Below, in pieces: positions 1-11,500 of a stretch of 64,000 bases of DNA. The stretch comes from Phyllosticta citribraziliensis (lineage: Eukaryota): the NCBI RefSeq assembly GCF_038025025.1, contig NW_027117339.1, forward strand, positions 2,418,001 to 2,482,000, given 5' to 3'. The notes under the pieces were generated by a model, which saw nothing but the letters and a program-made list of their open reading frames with translations, searched no databases and was not told where the DNA came from. Position numbers and translations under genes: made by a program. Within the stretch, counting starts at the first letter, position 1, and each line of letters starts with the position of its first letter.

Positions 1-125
1 CATGCTTAATGCCAAGCCAGATGCGGCTCCGCCGTTTGTTTACGCGTCGGGTCCCATCACGATCAGAATAACATCATCCCTCCCAAGCCCTCATCCCCGA
101 CCTCTCCATCATCTCTGAAGCTACC

Positions 126-1285
126 ATGCCGCCGCAACGCGCTAAGAAGCAAGCCGTTTCGCAACCCTCGGCATCCAGTCTGATCGCAGATTTCCCCCCG
201 CCGCCAACGTCGTCTGTCGCTGGCAGTCCAGCTGCCAAAACACCGGACAGAATGAGCCCCGCGAAGAAGAGCTTGAAGCTTTCAGACGCACAAAAGCAGG
301 CGCTCATGGACAATCTCCAGCTCGAGGGTATTCCATTAATTGCTCCAGGAGCTGGCGCATGCTAACGGCAGCCTCAGTAACGGAAAGAGCACGGAAACTG
401 CGGGCACAGTATTCGCTCCTTTCCCAAGGACTCCGATCACGACTCGAAATGCGCATCAATCGTATTCCTAGCTCGCTACGAAGAACAAACATCATGGATC
501 TGGTCGAAAAGTACTCGGAACAATCGAACGGCGCGATGTCAACTCAGACGCTCCCAAGCGGAACGCGTCAAATCCAAGCCGCTAGCAAATCTTCCACCCC
601 AGAAGTCACACGCGGAAAGAAGCGCCCAAGCAACGAAATTTCTTCCGATAAAGAAAGAGCTGTCCACCGCGACACTGACTCCGACCTTGCTTTGCCGAAA
701 AAGCGCACCAAGACTGCGTCTGCCACCAACACGTCCAAGACTCCTTTGACCGGTCCCACCAAGTCCCGTGCGCGCGTAGTGTCGAACCAAGACGCCCCGA
801 CGACAGTACTTTCACCAAAATCGAACAACTCGCGCACATATCCCCGCTCTCCCATCAAGCCTGCCCTCGAGAAGCCCCTCAAGCCGCCTCCTGGCTCCAT
901 CGGTGCCGGCGCATCTCCTCTCAAGGCGTCGCTCATCCGTCCCGACACGCGAGCCGGTGAGCGTCCTGGCAGCAGGGGCAAAGCAGGAACTACAGGCACA
1001 GGACGTGGCAAAAAGGCTGCCACCAAGACAGCGGCATCCTCGACGCGGACGACGCGCGCTAGAGTTAGTGACGCTAGTAGCAGCGACTCAGTGGCGACGG
1101 ACGCCACAACAGGCACAACGATTGTGAGGAGGCCGACCGCTGAGGGCACGGGTGCAAAGAAGGCCTCGGCGCGGACAGCAACGACGAAGAGCACGACGGC
1201 ACGAGCAACAGTGGCGGCTAAGAAAGGCAAGGAGAATGCGCCAGGGGCGGGGGCGACGGGTAGGGTACTGAGAACGAGGAGGTAG
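126..1285 (+). CDS. nbl1: Borealin/Nbl1-family chromosomal passenger complex subunit
   Basis: Exons 126-327 and 378-1285; intron 328-377 (GTATTC...GCTAAC...CAG). Spliced protein reads QKQALMDNLQLEVTERARKLRAQY...LRSRLEMRINRIP (Nbl1/Borealin N-terminal helix), followed by a long basic S/T/K/R-rich tail. Confidence 0.85.
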
Positions 1286-2647
1286 ACGGTTACATTCGGC
1301 GTTGGGCCAATGGCTAGTGTATGTGAGTTTCTGGATTGGTGTCGCCGGGCGTGTTTGGTGTATTCGGCGTTGGTTGATTGTTTGACGGGAGCTGGATCAG
1401 GGACAAATCCTCAAACGGTCTGATCCATGGTTTCTTCTTTGCTAAGATGTCTAGAGCATGGGCTTATGAATCGACAGTCATTGGGCGCTTAATCATTAAA
1501 GACTTTCCGTGGACTGGCGAGGATATTTTCAAAGCACTGACTGATCATTTGAGGGCCCTAGCTGTTATGAGGTTCAGAACTTACAATGCCTGAATGGTGA
1601 AAGTGGAGCAAGGTTCTGGTATCCAGCCAATTTCGATGCAATGGACTAACTACAAAATGCAAGGGATGTTGCTAATTACCGAAAAGTGAGGCGCTGGCGC
1701 TCAGAGGGGGTCCACGAAGGCTCCTTAAAGACGGGCCCGGTCAGAGCTGTGCCTGAGCACCGGGCAAGGTGAAACAAAAGGTGCCATGAGAGGCGCAAAT
1801 AGAGGTGTAATAGACATCCAAGATCAGCAAAACCGGAAACGATCAGCCCGAACGGACTTGACCGGAATTGGCAGGTTTGGCACGACGCATAAAGCGAGCC
1901 TCAGGTGAGTACTCAGTAGTTCCAGCGTCAGTAGGTGCTCGTACGTGGTCAGTGATAAATCGGCGTATGCACTTCGGAAACTTGGTCGACGAGGCAGCAT
2001 CGGTATTTGGTCTAGCTCGGGATTCATTTTCCCGAGAGTTCGGTCCGCGGAATAGCTCGAGGTTTCCGGGAGCGCTGATGCAAGAGACGGAGGAGCTGGT
2101 GTGTTTGAAGGTTGTGGTGAGAGGATGCAGAGAGAAAAAAAAGTGCCGGCAATGCGTGGGAAGAATTGAGTTGATCAGAGGCTCGGCCACGGTAAAGTCG
2201 TGGCTGAAAGCAGTAAGGTCAGTCTTTCACATGCCTGGAGGTCAAAGAATGTAGTCAGCTGGGCGGTGGCATGCACGGTCACGAGAGCGACCCTGACAGA
2301 CGACGCAAGCTTCACATGCGCTAGAGGAGCAGCCCAAGATGGTGCATTTTGGGAGCATTTTGGGGCTGTCTTCAAATTCCGTCGACGCCATTCGCTCGGC
2401 CCTTCAGAATCTGGGGTTGACGCCGACGCCGACCCAAGCTCCCAGCGCACGGGCGAGTCGCCGAGGTAATGTGGGGGAAGTCGACGGCTCCGTCCCCAGC
2501 AACAAGTGCGCCTCAGTCCACCTTTCGTACTTAACCTATTCGTCCCTCGGACTGTCTTCTCCTAGACTGGTCGTGTCTTTTCAGCTTTCAGCTTCATCTC
2601 CATTCCACCACCGTCTCCGCCTCATCCACCCGCTTCGTTCCTCCACC

Positions 2648-4772
2648 ATGGCCCCCAGAGTTATTGTTGTCGGCGCTGGCTGTAAGCTCTCAGACGTCAC
2701 ACTTGCTTGCCCTGCAGAAACTGACCACCACACCCTCCAGTGTCCGGCCTGAGTGCTGCGCACACCATCTACCTCTCCGGCGGCAACGTCGTTCTCCTGG
2801 ACAAGAACAGTGAGCCTTCCTGATGGCGTGATGGTCACCCGTTGCTTGATGCTTACGGCCGAGCACAGACTTTATGGGTGGCAACTCCACCAAGGCTACC
2901 TCGGGAATCAACGGCGCCCTCACGCGAACCCAAACCGACCTCAAGATCGCCGACAGCGTTAAGCAATTCTACGATGACACTCTCAAGTCTGCGCGCGACA
3001 AGGCGCGCCCGGATCTGATCAAGGTCCTGACTTACAAGTCGTCTGCGGCTGTGGAGTGGCTACAAGATGTCTTCAACCTCGACCTTACCCTTGTCTCGCG
3101 GTTAGGGTTAGTAATCGCCCAACCATCACTCCCAAGCCGACACCCAATGCTAACGATGAAACAGAGGACACTCCCAACCGCGTACTCACCGTGGCCACGA
3201 CGCCAAGTTCCCCGGCATGGCCATCACTTACGCCCTAATGCAAAGATTTGAGGAGCTGGCCGAAGCCGAACCCGACCGCGTCCAACTCGTAAAGAAGGCC
3301 AAGGTCACCAAAATCCACAAGGAAGGTAACAAAGCGGTTGGTGTATCATACGAATTCGACGGCAAGGAGCACAGCGTCGATGGTCCAGTGATTCTCGCAA
3401 CCGGTGGCTACGCTGCCGACTTTGGAGACACTTCGCTCCTCAAGAAGCACCGTCCTGACACTTACGGTCTGGCCACCACCAACGGCGCCCACGCAACTGG
3501 TGATGGCCACAAGATGCTCATGGACATTGGCGCCAACGGCATTGACATGGACAAGGTCCAGGTCCACCCTACTGGTTTGGTGGACCCTAAGGACCCAGGC
3601 TCCAAGTGGAAGTTCTTGGCAGCTGAGGCTCTCCGTGGTGAGGGTGGTCTGCTCCTCAACGGCAAAGGCCAGCGCTTCTCCGACGAGCTCGGCCACCGTG
3701 ACTATGTGTCGGGTAAGATGTGGGAGGAGAAGGAGAAGGGTCTCTGGCCCATCCGCCTTGTGCTCAACTCAAAGGCCTCCAACGTCCTCGACTTCCACAC
3801 TCGTCACTACTCTGGCCGTGGTCTCATGAAGAAGATGACCGGCAAGGAACTTGCCAAGGAGATTGGCTGCGGTGACGCTGCCCTCCAAAAGACATTCCAG
3901 GAGTACAACGCCATCGCTGAGGGCAAGGTAAAGGACCCTTGGGGCAAGAAGTTCTTCCACAACCTGCCATTCGACATCAACGACACTTTCCACGTTGCTC
4001 TCATGGAGCCCGTGCTGCACTTCACCATGGGTGGTATTGAGATCAACGACAAGGCTCAGGTCTTGAACAACAACGGCAAGCCTTTCGATGGCCTGTTCGT
4101 CTGTGGTGAGCTGGCTGGCGGTGTCCACGGTTCCAACCGTCTCGGTGGTTCATCCCTCCTTGGCTGCGTCGTCTACGGCCGTGTGGCTGGTGAATCCGCT
4201 AGCAAGTACCTCTTCCAAGAGCTTCTCAACGGCGGTGCATCATCTGCCGCCCAGCGTCTGGGCCAGATCAGCTTGCACATTGACCCGTCGCAGCCGGGCA
4301 AGGTCGCTGTCGAATGGGGCAGCGGTGTTGGCGGCTCTGGTAGCCAACTCTCGCAGCAAAGCCAAACGTCGGCCGCACCGGTTCTGGGCGGTGCTGCTGC
4401 GGACAACGCAGACCCGGGCAAGGTGTCCAAGCCCAACGCACCAAAGAAGTTCTCGGTGCCGGACGATGAGTTCTCCCTCGACGAGATTGCCAAGCACAAC
4501 ACCAAGGAGGACCTGTGGATTGCAGTCAAGGGCATCGTGCTGAATGTGACCAACTGGGTCGACCAACATCCTGGCGGTCCCCAGGCGCTGTACAACTTCA
4601 TGGGACGCGATGCGTCTGAGGAGTTTGAGATGCTCCACGACGATGAAGTGTAAGTTTTTTGATCTTTCGAACAGTTGTGGAATTTTTGCTGACAGTCGAC
4701 AGCATCCCTAAGTATGCACCCGAGGTTGTAGTAGGGCGCGTCAAGGGCCAGAAGATCACTTTGGAGTATTAA
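2648..4772 (+). CDS. OSM1: FAD-dependent fumarate reductase (Osm1/Frd1-like) with C-terminal cytochrome b5 domain
   Basis: Exons 2648-2681, 2741-2809, 2869-3106, 3165-4649, 4703-4772, all GT-AG. Motifs: VIVVGAGLSG (Rossmann), GGNSTKATSGING, RLGGHSQPRTH, HFTMGG, GVHGSNRLGGSSL, and cyt-b5 HPGG...GRDASEEFEMLH. Confidence 0.95.
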
Positions 4773-5685
4773 GCCTCCTTTTGGGAATGAGCGATGAGCG
4801 AGCATTGGAGTAAACAGAGACGAAACTGAAGAGTCTTGGATTGTGCGTGGCGGGCATTTTGGATTTGCACTCCTTTTTCTCTCTTGGGTGTTATCATGAT
4901 GGGACAAAGGTTGACTGGTCGGTCAGTCGTTTGGCCGGTTGGTTCGCTGGCTGGTTATATGTGATATGTACTTCTCCTTGGTATTAGCTGAAAGAGTCAA
5001 AGATTTATCATGCTCATGGCTCTCCATGTGTTTTCTGACTACTTGTCCATATGGTACGTTATAGCAAAGGGTATGCATAGCTCAGTTTGGTACAGGTCTT
5101 CGCCGTTCTTGACAGGACACGGAAATGCGGTAGTTTGGAAATGGATGACCTTGTTCATCTCCTGAATCAGCAAGCCAACACATGGGCGGGCAGAACGAAA
5201 CTCCACGGGTGTGGCTGCACCAATGATTGCTCCTTAAGCGTGTAGTACATGAACGCTCCCCAAGCGCAGTCGCTTTGCTAGAACACCTGATTTCTTTCGA
5301 TCCCCATTGTAGTGGTGTATTTGACAAGGACGCGGCTCTATTTCCATAGGCCATGCGCGCTGCAGCAGACCGGTTTGAATCTCTGGTGCCTGTTGAGAAA
5401 TTCCAGGTCAATCGAGCGTCCCACCACTATCAAAACGCGTGGTTCGCACTAACTTTTCCCTCTTTCAAGTCCATTCCTCTTCGTGATACATGAGCACCGC
5501 AAGACTTCTTCTCACGGGCAACAAATACAGGCAACAGGCAACAGGAACATCAGGCTTGGCCACTCTAGTATCGAAATGAGAAGGATCTTTGATGTTATAC
5601 GTCTATTCTCGTGACCAGGGCAATGCACATAACAGCTGCCTTCTTTCAGCCCCAGCTACACCATACTTCATCGTCTCTCCCCGCC

Positions 5686-6938
5686 CTACGCCTTCTTGGC
5701 CTGTTTTTGCGGCGCAGCAGAGGGCGCCGCGGGCGCCTCGGCGCCCTGTAAAACCGATTTGACGCGGCTGAGGAATTGCGACTGGTCCGAGCCGACGTAG
5801 CTACCGTTCTTCTGCAGCTGCTGCATCATAACGTCGGACCATTCGGCGACCTCGGAGTCCTGCGTCAGTTTGACGTCCTTCAGATCGTACTTGCCCGAGA
5901 CGAGGAGGTCAATCGTCTTCTTCCTGGGGTCGTCGGGCAGCTCCTGGAACTCGATGGTCTTGGGCGCAATCTCCTGGCCCTTCTTTGCCGACAGCTTGGC
6001 CGCGATCAGCTCCTGGTGCTCCTGCACCATGGCCAGGACGGCCTCGCGCTCGCGCTCGCTGGCGAACTTGACAAACTGGCCCTTTACCAGGCGGCGCGCT
6101 AGCTCCTGGATGCTCGACGGCAGCATCTCCTTGCGCTCGGACAGGTAGCGCAGGCGGCCCTCGAGCAGCTGCGCCGCGCCGTTGGTTTGGCCCAGCGACG
6201 CGCTCAGCGCCGCGTTGTTGAGCAGCTCCTTCTGCGTCGGCTCCTTGAGCTCGTGCACCCTGATCTTGCGCCGTTCGCCCTTCAGCTGCACCAGGTACTT
6301 GAGCATCGTGTCCGTCAAGCCAAACTCGTCCGACGTGTTCTTGGGTCCGTCACGCTTCTTGCGGGGCCCGCGCGCTGGCCGCTTCTTCTGTGGGCGTCTC
6401 CCTCCTCCTGGACGCGGGGGGCCCAGCATTCTGCCACCACCAAGACCACCGGCGCGAGGTGGTCCAAGTACTCTGCCGCCCGGCGGCGGTCCTGGCCTTG
6501 AGCCGTTGCGAGGTGGGCCGAGTACTCTGCCACCCGGCGGCGGTCTGGCTCCAGCGTAGCCTCCAGGCCTGCTAGAAGATACATTCGGGGCGCCGTATTT
6601 GGGTCGCGGTGTCCATCTCAGACCCTCTGTGTTTGGCGTTGCGCCTCGTTGGCCGTTCTGAAGCTGGCTGAGTTGAGTTGCGGCGGCGGCGGAGCGAGCG
6701 ACTCGAGAAATGTCCGGGCGACCTAGCGATTGAGAAATCTAAGCCTTTGCCATTGCAATTGGGCGGCGACAAACATACTGTCCTGGTAGGTTGCTCCAGA
6801 CGGGGGAGACTTCGATGAATCGTCGTCGCAACGCCGGGCAGAGACGTGGAACGTGCGAATTGAGTGGGTGAGGGCCGCTACATCGAGGCAGCTAGCTCGT
6901 AAGAGCGCTGGCGACGGGCGGCAGTGCCGTATGTGCAT
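5686..6938 (-). CDS. Uncharacterised protein with mitochondrial presequence and Gly/Pro/Arg repeats (possibly a mitoribosome-associated protein)
   Basis: Exon 1 6938-6779 (MHIRHCRPSPALLRASC...IRTFHVSARRC, a typical presequence), intron 6778-6723 (GTATGT...TAG), exon 2 6722-5686 open throughout with strong codon bias. Confidence 0.75.
6412..6543 (-). repeat. Three imperfect coding repeats GGR(V/M)LGPPR
   Basis: Translation PPPGGRVLGPPRNGSRPGPPPGGRVLGPPRAGGLGGGRMLGPPR; DNA repeat agtactctgcc on the + strand. Confidence 0.85.
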
Positions 6939-7473
6939 GGCGGTAGCTTGAGAGGGTGTATCTTGAAAGGCGGTGCTCGGTGGTGGTGGTTTGGACTTTG
7001 CCCGAGATTTCTTGGCACGCTTTCCCGTGGCACCCACAATCCATGGCTTCCACAAGTCGCGGCCCATGAATGCTCCTTGTTACCATCCTCTACAAATTTA
7101 TATGTTCTCTACTCATGAATGCTTCCAAGAACCTCCGATGTAGCCAAGAGAAGCGCAGACGAATGCCACCTGAGTCAACTTGATTTATTGAAGCGTACGA
7201 ATGCTCCTCGTGTGTCCCCAACCAATGGCGGCGTGACGCGCCTAAATTGGTTGCCGACTGACCTTAGCTATCGACCATCGCCGTTCGCCAGCAACCAGAC
7301 AACATTCATCTCGTCTTCGGCAAAGTCGAAAGTCGATCCAGTTTCCGGCTGTTTACCATTTACTGCGCACTGAGCTACCACCTGTGCCAGCAGACCCTGC
7401 GCTACCAGCTACTACCAACCTTCAACAGCACCTGCGCCAAACAGCCCGCGACCACAGCTATCCAAACGTCATC

Positions 7474-7749
7474 ATGCTCCGCCGCACTCCTACCGTGATA
7501 TCCTTGACGCAAAAGGACATCCAGGAATACGACCAAGACAAAGAGAAGCGGTCATGGAAGCAACAGCAGCAGCGACAGCAACAGACCCATGAAAACACTC
7601 GGGACCCTAACAATTCGTACATGACAGACCCTGTCTTGTCTCAGTCGCAATCATACTCGCAGTCACAACTAGCAGGTCCGAGTCAGCAGGACCAGAAAGA
7701 GGAAGCAGCTGCGAGAGCGAGAGAGCAACGACAGAGGACTCGAGAGTAG
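7474..7749 (+). CDS. CDC26: APC/C subunit Cdc26 (may extend to 7779 past an in-frame TAG)
   Basis: N-terminus MLRRTPTVISLTQKDIQEY matches the Cdc26 signature MLRRxPTxIxLxxxDIxEY; short Q-rich protein. Confidence 0.85.
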   Translation: MLRRTPTVISLTQKDIQEYDQDKEKRSWKQQQQRQQQTHENTRDPNNSYMTDPVLSQSQSYSQSQLAGPSQQDQKEEAAARAREQRQRTRE

Positions 7750-8562
7750 AGAATCGTGGGCACATCAGGCCGGACATGACCTATCGAGGGGGTGGCTGGA
7801 TTTGGATGAGAACACGCAAGCCCGGATTGCAGAATGCCTTTCAATGGCTACGTTCTATTGCATATTGCAAAGGATCGGTCCACTGGCGTAAGTTCTCACA
7901 CAGCTGGTCTGCTGGATATCCTGCCGCCGTAGCCTTGACTCACAAATTGAGTAGTAAACTTTGACCCTGTTGTACCGATGACGAAACTGCCCGACTACTC
8001 GGCCATGCTTGCTTGATCATGGGAAGACCAGCCTCATTTTCCGGGGATCAAAGGATTCCCAATGTCTCAAGGGGCGTTGTTTACAGGAGGCTATCGCATT
8101 CCTTGCTTCGCCGGGCAGCTCCTCGTTCGTCGACACAAGAGACACCACGTGGAGGAGCGAAAGTGTTCCCGCGATGCAGTATGCAATGCAGCCTGCCGAC
8201 TGTTTCCTGAGGAAAAGTCGATTCGATTGTGGACCAAGACACAAGGTCACATTTGCTCGCCATTTCTGTAGCGGATTCAATCACGAGATGCTCAACCAAG
8301 TCTCGCATTCCATGTGCACCAATGGCTTGCTCTTTCTGGACTTGCCAATTTCCATTCATTCAGCTGCACTAGAAAGCAAGGGGAATGGCGAGTTCCTCCT
8401 TACGCTTGGCCGTTGCGTGTATAATTCTTGGTGGCTTGCGAAGAAAGCGCGAAATACATTCTTGCCTCTTCCCCAGCGCGCCGTGGCTGTCCCATGTCTC
8501 TATATGCCGTCTTCTTCTCGCAGCTGATGTGGCTCGCCAATGTACTTTCTATACCACCAAAC

Positions 8563-11500
8563 ATGCCTCAGTATCGCTTCAGCCCGGTACGGGCAGCACC
8601 TTTGATCTTACTCGCCACGTTACTATCTCGAGTATCCGCCGACTACGTTCTCGTTGATGATTATGAGCCTTCTAATTTCTTTGACAAATTCGACTTCTTC
8701 ACCGTATGGCTATTCCTGCGGCTCATGGGAGCAGCTGGCCCATTGCTAACACTGATTCTCTAGGCGAACGATCCCACACAAGGATACGTTGACTACGTAA
8801 ACCAGACTTCTGCGCAAGAAGATGGGTTGATTGGAAACACGAGCGATCGTGTATACATTGGTGTTGACACCAAGAATACCTACAACGTTTACTCGGATCG
8901 GGGAAGACCTAGCGTTCGCTTGCAAAGTACGCAAAGCTACACTCATGGTCTGTTTATCCTCGATCTAAACCACATGCCATATGGCTGTGGGACGTGGCCG
9001 GCTTGGTGGACAGTGGGAGACATCAACACATGGCCAGCAGATGGCGAAATTGGTACGTCCTGGGTCCTCAATCCAATGGTGCCAACAACGAGCTAACAGG
9101 ATTCAAGACATCATCGAAGGCGTCAATGCCAACCAAAATAACACCAACAAAATCTACACTGCAAACAAGGGATGCTCAATCACTGGCAGGGGCCAAAGCG
9201 CCATCGCAGACGCTTTTGACTGCTCACAGGGCTGCGGTTCTCAGTCTACCAACCCTTACAGCTATGGAGCGGGCTTTGGCATGATATCAGGTGGAGTTTA
9301 CGCCATGGAGTGGACCTCTGACTACATTCGCGTGTGGTTCTTTGACCGCTCCAACATTCCTCGCAGCATCAGCGCGGGCCAGCCAGATTCGAGCGATTTC
9401 GGCATGCCCATGTCCAATTTCCAAGGGGCCTGCGACATCGACCGATACTTCAGAAACCACAAGATTGTCTTCGACATTACCTTTTGCGGAACCTGGGCAG
9501 GACAAGCATTCAACGCCTCACCGAGCTGCCCATTGACCCCTGGACACGACGCTTGGGACAGTTGCAAGTTTTACGTGGCTGGCAACCCTTCAGCCTTTCA
9601 AAATGCATACTGGGATATCAACTGGATGAGGGTTTACCAAAACACCGGAGGATCGTCGTCTGCTGCGGCTTCTTCCTCGTACCCATCCACTCCGATATCT
9701 GTAGCCGGGTCCTCCTTCTTTGGTTCATCCAGCGGTGACCTTGCTCTCGGTCAATCCAGTCCAACCACCAGCGCACTTTTCTTTCAGACCAGCGCATCTT
9801 TCTTTGCCAGCAGCCTTGCGGCCACATCTTCAAGTTTTGTCGTTGTCCACTCAAGCTTTGCCGTTCCTTCAAGTTTCTCAGTCGTGCAAACACCTGGTAA
9901 GCCTTACAATTCTTTTACCGCTGTGGCCTTATTTTCTGACACTTTACAGGCCAGGTAGTGAGCGTACCTTCGACTCCGACACTTGCAGCATCTGGCTCCT
10001 CGCCTTCGGTCCAATTCAGCATTGCGCCAAACCAACCATGCTCCCCGATATCTGCATATCTTGGACCAAACCATGGCTTCCGCACTGGAATCGGCAACAT
10101 TGCTGGTGGTCTTACAATGTGCGAGACCACCTGCGGGCGGCGAGGCAATTGCACAGACGTGTTCTATGTACACTACACAGGAGACTTCAGCAGTCCCTTG
10201 GGATACTGGGACTGCTGGTACGGCCCGATCTCAGTCGCCAGCGTCGTATGCGCCCAGCCCACCGCAAAGATGATGAAGAGAGGAATGGAACTTGGGGAAG
10301 AAGAAGAGCAACCAATGTCCCAGAAACTCGAAAATGTTTTGGCTGCGGGCAAATCCAGGATCCAACGGAGACAATACGGCAGACTCGACAGCCCCAACCT
10401 GGGATATCGACAAGAAGACTACCAAGTCTATGTATTGGCGTCCGGTGGCAACATGACATCAAACTCGACCTTGCCGACGCCATTTGTCAGGCCTGCAAAC
10501 TCTTCTTTTCCTTCATCGGTGTTTTCGACCCCTGAGTTGGAATCTTCCGGGTTTTTGTCCTTTCCGTCCATTTCCTCGACAACCGAACAAATATTCTCCA
10601 TTCTTCCCATCTCAGTCTCCTCAGAGCAAACATTCCCAATCTCGACACCACTCGCTTCGGAGACTGACCAGATCTTTTCCATACTTCCAATCTCAGTTGG
10701 CTCTGGAGACTCGTTCCCGACTTCGACACCACTCGCTTCGGAGACTGACCAAATCTTTTCTATCTTACCAATCTCCGTCAGCTCTGAAGACTCATTCCCA
10801 ACTTCAACATCACTCACTTCGGAGACAGACCAAATCTATTACATACTGCCAATCTCGGTCAGCTCGGAAGAATCAGTCCCAGCCACAACACCTTCTTCCG
10901 CTTCAGAGACTGAGCAAATCTTTTCCATACTTCCAATCTCAGTTAGCTCTGAGGACTCATCCCCAACTTCAACATCACTCGCTTCGGAGACTGACCAAAT
11001 CTTCTCTATACTACCAATCTCAGTCAGCTCAGAAGACTCATTCTCAACTTCGACACCTTTTTCCGCTTCTGAGAGCGACCAAATCTTTTCCATACTCCCA
11101 ATTTCAGTTAGCTCTGAGGACTCATTCCCAGCCTCAGCCCTGGACACGTCAGAGGCCGCACCAGCGGAGACGTCTGACCAAGTGTTTTCCATCCTTCCGT
11201 TCACATTCCCGACTTCGACACCTCCCGCATCAGGGACCGCGCCGACGGGAACATCCATTGGCATTCTTCCGGCGACTTTCACACCATTCCCGTCTGTGTT
11301 GTCTAGCTCACTGGCCAGTGAACCGGTGGAAGCATCATACGCCGCGCCTTCTAGCGAAACGATATATACATTGCCACTGCTAGTTCCATCTTCAGAACTG
11401 TCATCGTCAGTTGCAATTGCAAGTACGCCCACAGAAGCCATCTCGACACCCTCCCAATCGGACATACAGTCAACGCCCGTCTACGATTTTCCCGGAACAT

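Noticed and set aside
3102..3111. TTAGGGTTAG telomere-like / telomerase-template-like word
   Set aside because: It spans the osm1 exon 3/intron 3 boundary (L-G codons plus GTTAGT donor); under two units, coincidental.
4441..4772. Cytochrome b5 domain fused to fumarate reductase as a novelty
   Set aside because: A common architecture of Osm1 homologues in filamentous fungi.
10576..11220. CRISPR-like regularly spaced repeats
   Set aside because: Units are in-frame coding repeats with homologous spacers, in a eukaryotic gene, with no cas genes.
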